This document shows positions 1 to 12,500 of a stretch of 64,000 nucleotides of DNA, one piece after another. Every line of letters starts with the position of its first letter. Within the stretch, counting starts at the first letter, position 1. Origin of the DNA: Phoronis australis (lineage: Eukaryota > Animalia > Phoronida); contig NMRA01000607.1 in assembly GCA_002633005.1 (NCBI GenBank), positions 124,001-188,000 of the forward strand, read 5' to 3'. The translations under genes and the position numbers were made by a program. The notes under the pieces were generated by a model. It was not told the DNA's origin. It saw only the letters and a program-made list of their open reading frames with translations, and did not search any database.

Positions 1-156
1 CATAAAAATATCACGCCAGGACATGAAATTTCATGCCAGGACAAAATTTCATACAGGAAGACCACGTGACCATCCGAAAGCACGTGACGTGTGCGCCATT
101 CCATTGAAGCAAGATGACTGAGATACATGTATGTAATCGGTTCACGAGTCCAAATG

Positions 157-166
157 CATAGGCGGA

Positions 167-208
<42 letters not shown>
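157..208. repeat. Poly-G run (171-205) in the end of a cataggcggattta-type MITE
   Basis: 35 consecutive G after a typical non-autonomous DNA transposon terminus. Confidence 0.6.
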
Positions 209-479
209 TATGTGGTAATCAATTATAAGTCCTGACGCTATAATTGTGGGTCCTAACCTAATGAAATTTGTTCTTGAGTTGTTCTTCTTTAGTGAAAATA
301 ATGTTTCGGTCTGTTTTCAATTCTTGAATGAGTGAAAAGTCTGTTTTTGGTTTTATTTTTTAGGCCCGCAGAGTAAAAGTAATGATTTGACATGTTTTAA
401 ATCTTAAATAGAAAAATTGTGTCCTGGGATTTTTCCGCTTCGATATTCCACAGTTTATCCCCACATTGAAACCACTTAC

Positions 480-576
480 CTAACCAAAATTCTCCGTCTA
501 AATTCCCGAAACCGGTCTTGTAACTTTCCCAATCAAGGTAAAAATCAACGCTTCCGTCCATTCGCTTTTGAAATAC
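480..576 (-). CDS. FReD exon 2 (fibrinogen C-terminal domain)
   Basis: [33 protein letters not shown], a classic FReD motif; cag| acceptor, G|gtaagt donor; phase 0 to 1. Confidence 0.93.
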
Positions 577-3500
577 CTGGGAAGAACATACATGTATGTT
601 CAAAAGATTTTTAAAGGTAAACTTTGATTTCAAGGCAATCGACAAAGCTGACAATTTGGAAATAGATTGATTCCAAAATATGACAGATCTCAAACTGGAG
701 CTTTTAGTAGTGCTGCAAAAATGAATTCTACACATACAGGACTCCTCGGGTACATTTTAGCCTTATATTCCTTTCTGGGATGAAGTTGATCTGCACATGT
801 GTAGGCTTCAATCATTCAGCAAATCATGTGACTTTAAATTGGAAAATGATTGGCCATCTACGCGCAACGTTCACTCCCTCGGAAAAAAATTGGGTGACGA
901 AAATACCCGAGGTGTTCCGAATGATACTAAACTCGCAAAACTTGGTAAAAATGTATGAAAATTCCACGTACTGTCCAGCCTCCGCCGTCTGATTCCATGT
1001 CGCAGTAGACTCTCATTGGTCCTTTCTTGTCACTTGGTTTAATGACGTAGACTCCACTCTCAGTAGCACCTGCTTTGTAGATCGCCGCGCAGTCTGTAGG
1101 TAATACCGGTAGATTAAGACATCGACATTACCCTTCAATAATCGTTTTAATCGTGCATCAGAAACAAAATGCCACCGATTCTGTTACACACTGGCGACAC
1201 CTTTTGGTAGTACTTGGTAAGGATGTCCACTGTGCATACAGTATTACTACAACGAGTATTGTGTAGAAGCTCTGTGCTGGTGATGTATTGTAAAGTAAAG
1301 AAATTTGGACAAACTCTTGGCAGTACTGTTCATACAAAAAGCGTAGCTTCCAATGCCTGTCCACATAGCGCTTCGTCTGCAACACAGCTGCGCGTCGCCG
1401 CGACGACTAGTTGGAGCAACTCTACAGTACACATTTGGCGATTTGGTATTTACAGGCTTGGCAACTCGAAGATAGCTGAAACTTGACTGCCGCAGTTGAA
1501 CCATTGTGAAAGCCAGTAAGATCAATGAATTGGTTTGAAAGTCCCCGCTGTCACAGGAATTAGTCAAGGTTTTTAAAGGGGTGAAAAAAGAGACAAAGAC
1601 GTTGGAAGCGATATCCACCGAGCTAGTTACGCATGGGTGGGTAACATTTCAGAACCAATGTCAACGGCGTTATTTATTACTCAAATTGATTCTCTGTAAG
1701 ATTTTTAAGTATTGCCAGTTTTAAAGAAGAATTCTGGACTTTGAAACAATTCAAAATTGACTCCGGCAAAACTAAAGTCAGACATCTTTTTGCACGTGAT
1801 TCATGCACCGTCACGTTACTATCCATTCTATATATAAGTAGACGGGCGCGTGGTACGCACCAAAAATCACATTAACGCGCAAGTTTCTTTGAGAGGGCCA
1901 AACACTCTATAGGCACCACGACCCTAATGCACTTCTCCGGGTACTTACGGTCAGGGATTTGTGCGCATGCCTTCTACAGTAGAAGTTGTTTACTGAATAA
2001 CACAATTTTTAGAAAAAAAAAACAACTCAAAATGCAGCAATTTAAAATCACACCGTTTTTATTAGCCGTAGTAAAGACGACTGACAATGTTAAGGGTTCA
2101 CTGCTTTGCGTAGCATGAAATTTAGACTGGTTGAGGTAGGAATCACGGTAAAGTTTCCACATGATAACGTTTACTGAACACCACAAATGAAGTTACTCAA
2201 GGCAACATTCGTCAATTTGATTAACTATTGCAAGTTTTCTTCGGTCAACCGAGTTCTCGTCTCGGGAGTTATCTCCCTTGTCAACTACTACTGGATGCTA
2301 CTACGCACGCAAGATGCAGTAGCGCTCGTCTGCAACTGCAACCGCCGGGGTGTCTCTCCACCTACGGACGACTCAGCAGTTGCGTAGTCGCGGACAAATC
2401 GCTAAGTGCAGGAGGAAAAGAACATGGGGGACTGACCTGGCTTCAATAATTCCTTCTCGCAAATCACGGCGAGTTTGCTTCTACAAGGCTCGATCTCTTG
2501 CTGGCAGCTCCCTAGCTCGCAGTGAAGTTTCGCGCACACTCCGTCGTCCTGGCTGACGTTTAGTGCTGTGTTGTTAAAGGCCTTGCCTTTATTCCATGTG
2601 TAATCTTTGCTTAATTCTTCAACCTCCAGCCAATAGGTGTCGGTAGATACACCCCGGTCACTTAATCTGGATAGTAATTATTGTTACAGCATCGATACTG
2701 CTATAAAGCCAAAAAGGCTTATTTGATTCTGGCTGAATTTCCATTTTCAAAAATCGACTCGGCGGTATTTTTTAGAAGAATACTTTCTCTAAAATGAAAA
2801 TTTCACAAGCAAGAATGATGCGGGACTTGTTTTTTTACTCAACGCTTGTCAAATAACGGGGGTTTAAAACCCATGATTGTAAACTTGCCTTTGTTTAAAC
2901 GAGACCTTGTTTAAAATTATAGTGGGCAGGCGTTTTTTATTTAGTTGATGATCGCAGGTCTCAAAATCATTCGGGTTACAGACCAGAACTAACTATGGTT
3001 TTTATGCCGAACGATATATTTCTGTGTAAAATCTGTGATTACCAATATTTTTACTATGAAACTTACAAATATCACTGTCGTCATCAGTATATGTCGTCAC
3101 CAATTTAAGACCAAAATCAATACTGATCATGCGTGCGCACCCGGGGGGGGGCTCGGGGAGCTCGAACGAGCACCTCTCTTTTGTTAGCAAGTGAAGGCTG
3201 AGTGCGCGCATGGTGATGTGATACCCATAACCGCGTTGTAAAACAATGTCGCTAGCAGATGTTGAAATGTGAACTGACGTTGTGATCCTAATAAGGAATA
3301 TATGCCAGTCACTCGCCAACAGTCGTCCATTGGATTGTTTATGCGTCACTCAAAAGTCTAAAATATGATGGACAGAGTGCGTAATGTCTTGTTTTATCCT
3401 GTTTGGGAGATGGGATCTACAATTGTCACGTGCACAGCCTTTATTAACAGACTGATTACGTCACTTACATCTTTGAGACAAAATAACGATGATAACCATC

Positions 3501-6500
3501 GCCGCCACCAGAGTCTGCTAAACCAGCAACAGTTACTGATGGGGCGGGAAAAGTAATGGAAACCTACATGTATAGGGGCAGAGCCCTACCTCCAACTACA
3601 GGATACCTTTTGTGCCAGGCTGAGAAAGAGAACGTGTTTTTGCTTTACGAAACACTGGTGGACGGACCCAATCGTGCAAGTGACATTTTTTCGCCGAAGT
3701 TGCTAAGTTTAGTTTTAGCTCACAAACCGTTACAGTGTGGTTAATTGTAAAAGCGCGGATTTAATTTCTATGCCCCGCTGCACCAAATCATTAAAAGTAG
3801 AAACAGAAGTTTGGTGAGAGTACTTACATGTCCAGCAAAAATCGTGTCTCATCATCATAATTCACAGATATCACGTGACTTTTGCGTGCATTGCAATACG
3901 TCATTGCCTCTTCATACGTTAAGTTTTGGTCACGTGACTCTGTGATAAAATAACACCCGAAGCCTTTCAACGAATACCATCCCGGAGGGCATGCATCACC
4001 TGCAAAAGACATTACAAATAGTTTATATATGACGATGTTGTCCAATATGCTAAACGGATAGCGATGTTCTGAAGTTTAATCGAAATCCTGACCAACGAAA
4101 TTCCTGCGAAACCGGGAAAATAGGTACTCGATAAATTAACAACCCTGACCAAGGCATTGCTTTTTGATTACCAACCAAAAACAATACGCCCGATACCACG
4201 AACCAAATTACTGAACGGAGACGACGCCTGACAGGGAAATGTTGTACATATTGGAGTACTCATTCGACAGGACAATCCATAAAGCAAAATTTAACGAAAG
4301 CGATACTTGAAAGGGTGAAATGTCCACCAAATTGACGGCAGGCCCGTGTAAAACTCTCCTATGAGGTAACTCTCTCCAGACATTAGAAGTTGTCGCTTGA
4401 TTACAGCAATGGCAATTGTGTGTGAAGTTTACTACGAAAATGTGAGTTAACCAAAGAATACCGAGCAGAGTTGCATGGCCGCTGTGAAACATTACGTTCC
4501 ATAAACCCTTAGTCAGCTCCTCACGCTCCTTTGGTGAGGTGACGTACATGTATGAACACAACGCAAAATCTCGGTTAGGTTTCATCAGGAGGCCTGTGAG
4601 CGTACACTTGTAAAATGGAACATTATCATGGCCAATGGTGATCTCAAAATGTGCTCAGTAAAATTAATACCGAGTAGCCTTTCAAAGCCTAGCTGCACTG
4701 TTCGCAACGATTTGAAACTTACCCACAACACATCGAAGTTCTAAATGCACGGACAAATACGACGGCTGCAGTGCTAAACTGCTTAGATTCCTTCCAGTAG
4801 ACGACTCGTTGTTTAGTTGACAATATTTGGTGCTGGGTAAAAAATCAACAGATTTACACCCGGTTGTGTTCACACACAATTGAGCACATTCCAATTCGTC
4901 CGTGGCGTTCAGCATTTTGAGTTCGTAACCAATCAAACGAGTTCCTTCTAAAGAATGAAGTTGGAACTGGGCTCCGATTTCCAAGTTGCATCCTAGAAAA
5001 ACGTAAAAATAATGAATAATTAAATTCCGTCTTTGCTAAACCTTCGCATGACGTTTCGTTCGAAAAAGTTTTGTTTCCAAAGCAGCCGGGAACACAATAC
5101 TACATGCACATGTGAGTTACAAATCTCAAGAGCGTCATCAAATGTCAATATTGCGGATTCAGCGACAGAGAGATGTCGTTTGCTCAGTGGATTGTTTGAA
5201 GATGGATTTTCTGAAAAGCACAATATACACACACTGCATTTTCCACTCCACAAGTTGTGAGAAAAATATATTCAACAAACACTTTCTCTGGGTAGCGCAC
5301 GCTTTCCGATTTTTGGTCTTCACGTGAAAAGATAAAACAAAGAACAGTAAATCTTACCTCCGATGTTAGGAAAGTATTCTTGTCTTTCACCCTCCGCGCA
5401 ATAGCACGAATACATTTCCGTCGTCTTAACCCCGAAGCACATGTCGAAAGCGCAGGTACTGCCACGCGTGCGGTTGCCACACTGGACACAGGGGATATCC
5501 CAAGGTCCGTTATTTGGCGCCCACTCACCAATAACGACACCATTTTGAAATTCTGGCAATAAAAAGTATATGAGAAAGAGAACACAACATCTCCTCAATA
5601 AAATTTTTGGGAGGTCAGTGTCCATCTATCTATGTATATCATTACACTGAGCAGCTGAAAATAGTTTAGTTGGAATGGAAAGCGTTCAGCAAAATTTTAT
5701 GTATATTAATAATGACGCAATCGATAGCTTGACAGGAAACGCTACATACTTGGTCTTTCACAGATCACTTGAGCATGGTTTTTACACTCTTCATCTCGCC
5801 ACCGACAGTCGCTGTTGTTACAATGGAGCACAGCGCATGCGTTATCTTGTTCATCCGGCTCGTCGATGTCCCATTTTGCATTTGTAGCGTTGAAATCAGC
5901 ACCGTCCGCCTTCATCCAAGATCGTGCACTTGTCGGATCGGAGTCTTTAATTCCAATCCAGAAGTTATTCGTCCCGAATCTGAAAGTTATACCGAGCGTT
6001 ACATTGGAGGATTAAGATAACTTCACGAGTTAAATAAAAATTAACTGGCGGTAATTAGACATTCACCGATCGGCTTTGAGGCACAAAAGACGTACACTGT
6101 ACGTATAGGCTCTAACGTAAAAAGGTATTACTGGCTTACGGTATATATTTGTTACGGACAGCCCATCCGTAAACATCAATGGCTAATACATGTAGATCTC
6201 GGCATGCCATGTGATTTTAAAATGGAAAATGATTGATTGTACGTGTACATGTACATGTATGACAGAAGTTTGCAGACGAGCAGATAACGTTCACCTCTGA
6301 GGGAGGAGTTGGCTGTACGAAAATACCCGGATTATTCCGGATTAGGAATAGAATAGAGTTTTCCGACCATTACTTGAGTAACAGCTACTGAAACCCGTCT
6401 TTATTGTCCACAAAATCACAATTTTTACGACTGAGATCATAGCTTATGTACACATGTACATGTAGCGGTACAACTGGTCTCGACTCGTTCCTTACTCCTA

Positions 6501-9500
6501 GTATTAAAAACGATTTCTGAGCTTGGAGAGGCGGGGCGGTTCGTTCTCAATGCTTGAGACATGTTCCCCATCATTTGCCGAAGATTCTTTCTAAAGTGAG
6601 CGATGAACAAGCGGAGATCGCCACGTAACGGAGGACAGTTAAAATAACAAGATAGATTTTTGACAGAAGCCATCGCATATTCAGACCACTTCACAACTTC
6701 GCATTTTTCGGTTCTGTTACCCTTTTGCAAAGATTCTTCTTATTGAACTAAAATAACACAAAAAGGAAAAGTACGTGACGTCTGTGTAACGAAAGTGACT
6801 TGAGACTTAGGATGGCAATTTGGTCTGACACCCCAGATTCACAACTGCTAAAAAAATGGTTTAGCCGCGTCATTATAAGCGAATCGCATATTAGAAATCT
6901 ATAGAAATTTCCGCAATAAGTAGCAGTTACGTGTATATTATCAGATTTTGCACTTTTGTGTGGAGCGTCAAACCAAATTTTTTACTTATCTCAAGCCACT
7001 TTTCACAATACGGAGTACGGACCCCTTTAAAACTCACGTCGCAGTAAAATTATTGATGGCAGTCTGTTCTTTTTCCGAGTCAATCACCATGGGGACACTT
7101 CCTCTCTCAAAACAATACGACACAGCGTCACTGTAGTTCAGATTCACGTCGGCGGCGTTTTTCAATGAGTGGCAGATTTCATTGTTGTGTAAGGACCAGC
7201 CCGGTGGACATTTTGTGTCTGTAGACAGAAAGTCGGCATTATTGCTAGATCAGTAAGGCACCTCTGCAAAAGCTATTCACTACGCATGCGCGATACTCTC
7301 CCGGAACGAACTGCTCCAATTATTTGTACATGTAGGTTGAACAGGCTTACATACAATAACGCATGAAATAGACGTGTGACCTAGTTGAGAACAATGTTCA
7401 TTGTATTGATAAAACAGATTTTAATGACGTTTGAAGAAAGCAATGTTTTTATAAAGCAGTTCCCACGAGTGACGGAAACGCTAGCAGTTTCAAAGGCTAA
7501 AACGACAGCAAAAACGTTAGCGCTTTAGCCAGATAGGCAAATTGTCCGCGAAGAAGTCATTTTCACCAACATTTAGTTTGTTTCATCACCACTAAAATCG
7601 CTTTTTACGCTAAAATTGACTTCACTCTCTGCCACGGCTACGATGAAGTGAAGCCCTCCTATCTCTGTCTATATGTCCCTCTAAATTTAGCGGTTTGACG
7701 ATACAAGCGCCGTAGAAAACGCCAGCATTTTAGAAGTAACTGAAACCAGCAATAGTTATCCTTGCACCTATTCACATTACTGGCGTTTGCTTGCTAGCGG
7801 AAGTGCTAGCGTTTTAGCCATCATATGACCAAGGGTGTTAATGAATCGCTTATCATCGGATTCACCTAAGTACATGGATCTACAATAGTGACGAGTTCAT
7901 CCAGGATTCAGAGTGATAACTTAGGGGAAACGATGTTGTCAAGTAGAAAAAACGATAAAATTATTCACTTGCAACTGACCAGAGACTCACACTCGACCTT
8001 ACACACAAACATAACGGGTATACTGTTATTACATGCTGTGAAATCTCGCGAGTTCTCGTCATAGCCGTCAGAGACGTCGTCACAACCCTGATTACCCGTT
8101 AAACATCGAGTCTTTGATGACTCACTAACATTAACGCAACAAAGTTAAGCTATCGCGCATAGACAAGGTAAATTTCAAATAACAAACCCTGTGTGCAGTG
8201 AAAATCCAAATGCACAACGCCAGTGTTCGCAACCAAGCTGCCGACGGAGAATGTGTGATTGCTTCCTGAGACACTTTTGTAACTACAGGTGGACTCGGCG
8301 GTCGAGTAATCAGCTGACTTGCAACTTGGGTTATTGTGGCACAGGACAGCGCAGTGTAAAGCACTTGGTACATCACTGCGTGTTTCCACGTCGTAACCTT
8401 GAAGTGACCTTTGCTCCGTTGTCACCACTTGAAAAAGTTCCATGCTACTGCACACATCTACAAATAACGGAACAAAAGCTCCACAGCAGTTCGCATGCGT
8501 TGCGTTCTGTAGCTTCAGATAGAGACTCAACTAAGTTCCCCAAATCTTCAGCGTGTATGTCTCTTCATTATTTTCTCAGTCAGTTTGTCTTTATTATAAC
8601 CTATTCTCTTACTCATGACATTTTCTTAAAAAACATCTGAAAACAAGGGCCTCGTTCTTAAATTACGAACGTAGGATGAAGTGCTCCCTGTTTACTCTCA
8701 ATTCAATATAGATACTACTTTCGATGTGTAGCAAAGCTAAAAGTTGACATATTGTTGAAAATTATTTAGCGTAAGAAAGTTTACTCAGATAAGTAACATA
8801 GTTCATTCCCTAATGGAGACTGGTTCACGCACACGGGGACAGCGCAACAAACTACTAGTACATGTACTCACCAGCTGAAAGCATCACCCAGTTTCTCCAT
8901 CCGGCGCCGCACGTTTGCGAAGAATCTCCCTGACAAGCTGCGTTGCAGTCCGAGTCAGTGGCTTTACCCAGGCTGCCAAAATCATCGTCGCAGAAGCAAG
9001 CGTAACCGGCTTGCACCGCTGAGTATTTGTAGCCCCGAGTGCGGCACTCTTCTCTACACGTCTGTCGGGTAACGCTTGCTGGGTCGAATCTCTGCGACAA
9101 ATCTCTGGTTTGATTATCTACATAACAGCCGTAGTCGAGTTCTGAAAAGGACATAAAGACGATGACTTGAAACTACAATAATCCCACTTTTTGTTAAAAT
9201 ATCTTACTACTGATTTTGAGAATTTACCGTTATAAAATTGGTCTCCATTCGTCACATACTCAGTTTGGAAGTACATGTAAATTCTAGGCTTAGGGAAAAT
9301 TGGATTTCGCTGGTCATTTTATACATGTACAGATAACGACCTGCCGGTGCCTCTCATATCCCGTAATTTCCAATTAAGGACTACAAAAAGTGGTCTCTGT
9401 AAGTCGTGCATTACTTTTGATGAAAGGCGATTATACACAAAACGTAGCGAGAGTGGTGTACTTGAAGTAATATCCCACGAGACATTAGTCCGCGTATTAA

Positions 9501-12500
9501 CCTCGCGACCAGCGGTCTCGGTCAGTACGCGGAATAATGTCGAGTGGGATATTACGTCATGTACGCCAATCCAGGTACGTTTTGTATTTAAACCATACGC
9601 TTATAATTCCTAAGTTTCCTTCATTTTTTCGCAGATTTTTCAAATAGTTTACTTTTATTGTTCACGTGGCGGATCACATCCTATATGTATGTCCTTGCGC
9701 GTTGGGTTGCAAGTTTCCCCTAGTAAAAGAAAAAGTTTTAAATGTAACGATTTATTACTTGAAAAGAGATAACAAAGATGAAAACAAGGGTAACTTTGCA
9801 TTGAGCTTGTAACATCTGAAAACAGTTAAATAACAACAATATCTGATAGTGTAGTTGCCGGGGTTTTCCGTAGATAAGCCCCTGCGCGTGTATTCGGAAA
9901 GTGAAAGTTTTCAGGCATTTTAGTTACACCAATAAACGTCAGGGCGTTTATTCGAAAAAGGAGTGTGTAAACGGAAAGTCATAATTTTGGCTACGTAAAT
10001 ACCACAATGATGCGCGATATGTATTTTTGTAAGTGAAACAGCCCTTCTGGGTGGAGTGGTAGTCGTTAAAAGGACTGTTGATACCTGTTAACAACGTTAA
10101 TTGTGTAGCAACTTATCAATTTTTGCAATATCTGCCCAGCGGGACAAGAAAATTAATGTACAGTACATGACACTTCTAGACCTCCTTGTGACAAAGTTGA
10201 TAGCACCCAAGGCCGCTTAGTGGAAAATGTATGGACTTCGGCTTGAATACTCGTTCCACGTACTGTGAAAAAATAACAAATTCGAGTGTGTGATATTCGG
10301 GGTCTAACGGAGGTCAACACATATTGCTACCAAGCTTATTTTGACGACAGTCTTCACGCAGCTAGCTGGCCGGTTACGTCATAACCCGCTGTATCACACA
10401 AAGGCATTGATAATTGACCCGTCGCAAGCTCCGCCTCCTTGCGTAATGTCGACGGACAAACAATAAGTTTTACTCGGCAACGTGTTGTTTGTCGGGTAAA
10501 ATGTCAGCTTGGAAAGGAAGGTGTGTCAATAATTCTGCGTTCTAAATGGTCAGTTAAGCCGTCACTCAAAATCCTGGCGATAGGTCAATTACATTTTGTC
10601 CGACGGTCACGTTCAATCTGCGGCGGTTTTGTTTTGTGGTGGAGCGGTCATGTTTTTAGGTCTGTCTGTCCCATTTTTTGGTGCGGCGGTCGCATTTGAT
10701 CCTGTAGATCCTGTTTTGAGGTGAGTTGGTCCGATTTGGAGTACCGGCGGTCATGTTTTGGGGCAGGCGGTCATGTTGTTTCTCACCCGTGTATCAGCGA
10801 GGAAGAATACACTCCCGAGAGGATATTGCAGCCCCCCTATCATACGAGAAACTCCTGGAATTTGTATCTTCACCCATGCGGAAAATCAAACAAGAAATCA
10901 TTATCAGAGCGTTTGATTGTTGTGGCATAGGTGCTAATGGGCAAATTGTCTCTACCGTATTCCTCAACGCCCGGATTTGCGAACACATGGGGTACAACGA
11001 GGGTATCCAAGAGATGGATGGCAAGTCGCGGGATCCCTTCAACGGCTGGGAGGTGGAAAGAAATTCTGAGGAGGAGCTGGATGAAAACATTGACATAGAT
11101 TGAATACACGTTGATTAACAGGTTTAGTGGCTGATTTTTTATTAAAACTATTTTTGAAAATATTATGTTAGTAAATGCATAGCTCGGCAACACTTCATTC
11201 ATTTTTATAATTGATTAATGGTCCACAAAACTGACTTTGTGACTAAAAGTTCACGCTAAGTGGACTTTTAGAAGGAAATTTTTCACATAAACGCCCCACT
11301 ATCTGGACACTTGACACGAGAAGTTGTAACATCAAATAAACGCCCATGGGTGTTTATTCGGCATAATTTTCCGAATAAACGCACATGGGCGTTTCATCGG
11401 GTGGGCTTATCTACGCAAAAACCCCGGTACCGAGAATTGGGCGCTTGATTTGCATACGATATAATATTGAGCAAATGAAAACTGAAACAGAACTGTCATA
11501 TAATTAACAGTCCTGTTCCATATGTTACGATTGAGACCTGATAGCATGTTAAGGGCTATTTACACGGCTACAATGGGGCTATTCGGAAAATTTATAGTAA
11601 CTAGAGGGCGCGCCTGTACTAGTGGTGATAGATTAACAGCCTCGATTTCGCGAGCCCTTTAAATACATGGTGAAATGGCTTGTAGGCGTGCCAGCGGAAT
11701 CTGAGATTGCGTGAAAAGGGTGCTTCTATGAGAGAAAGTAAGCACGACCTTATACAAAGGTAAGGTTCGTGATTATTTTAACGATTATTCCATGTTAGAC
11801 TACTGATTCCTGTTAACTGAGATACTCGCCGATGTCGACATCGCGGCAGTCGCCAGTCGGGTTAATATTACTCTTAGTCTGTTGTGATGGGTGTTACGAT
11901 ACTTGATGTACATGTAGCACTCGGGATCTTTTCGAACATCAAAGCATTATTATTGTTTGGAATGATTTCTAACAGGTTTATCAGTGACAGTTACATCAAT
12001 GAATGCTGAATGTTTAACTCGATATTGGTTAGTGAGTTAAAGATTACAATCCAATCCCAATGCCATGGCAAAGGTTACGACAAATATCCATTAGACTATT
12101 TGTTTACTCCCTATCCTATGTCTTCCGGACATCTATTTCACGTTGAAATGAAAATCTATTGTGTCTGTTTTCACGTGACCTTTGGTTTTTAGGTTTGAGA
12201 GCTTGTACCGTGCAGAGGAGATATGCATCGCTTCTGCATCGACCCTGAATGGACAAAAATTGGTTTTAAGCAGTTGACTGAAGCTAACAAGCAGGATCTT
12301 CCCATCCAGTGTAGATTTGTTGTTAAAGCCTACTTTCTTCATCAGAGACAACTGGTGAAATCTGAATCGCATTACGAAGTAACCATAAGACAACGTGCCA
12401 GTGGACTGTTTGCTTGTGAAGAGGATTCTATATCTGACTGCTACACAAATAAGCCTTGTTGGTGAGGATGCCCTTTCATAGGCAAAACGTCATGTGTGGA

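Noticed and set aside
1158-1618. Minus-strand ORFs as a leader exon for a separate FReD gene or as a CTL half (MWTGIG)
   Set aside because: The leader-like frame ([13 protein letters not shown]...) hits TGA and has no phase-1 donor; the true CTL4 C-half was found at 2437-2666
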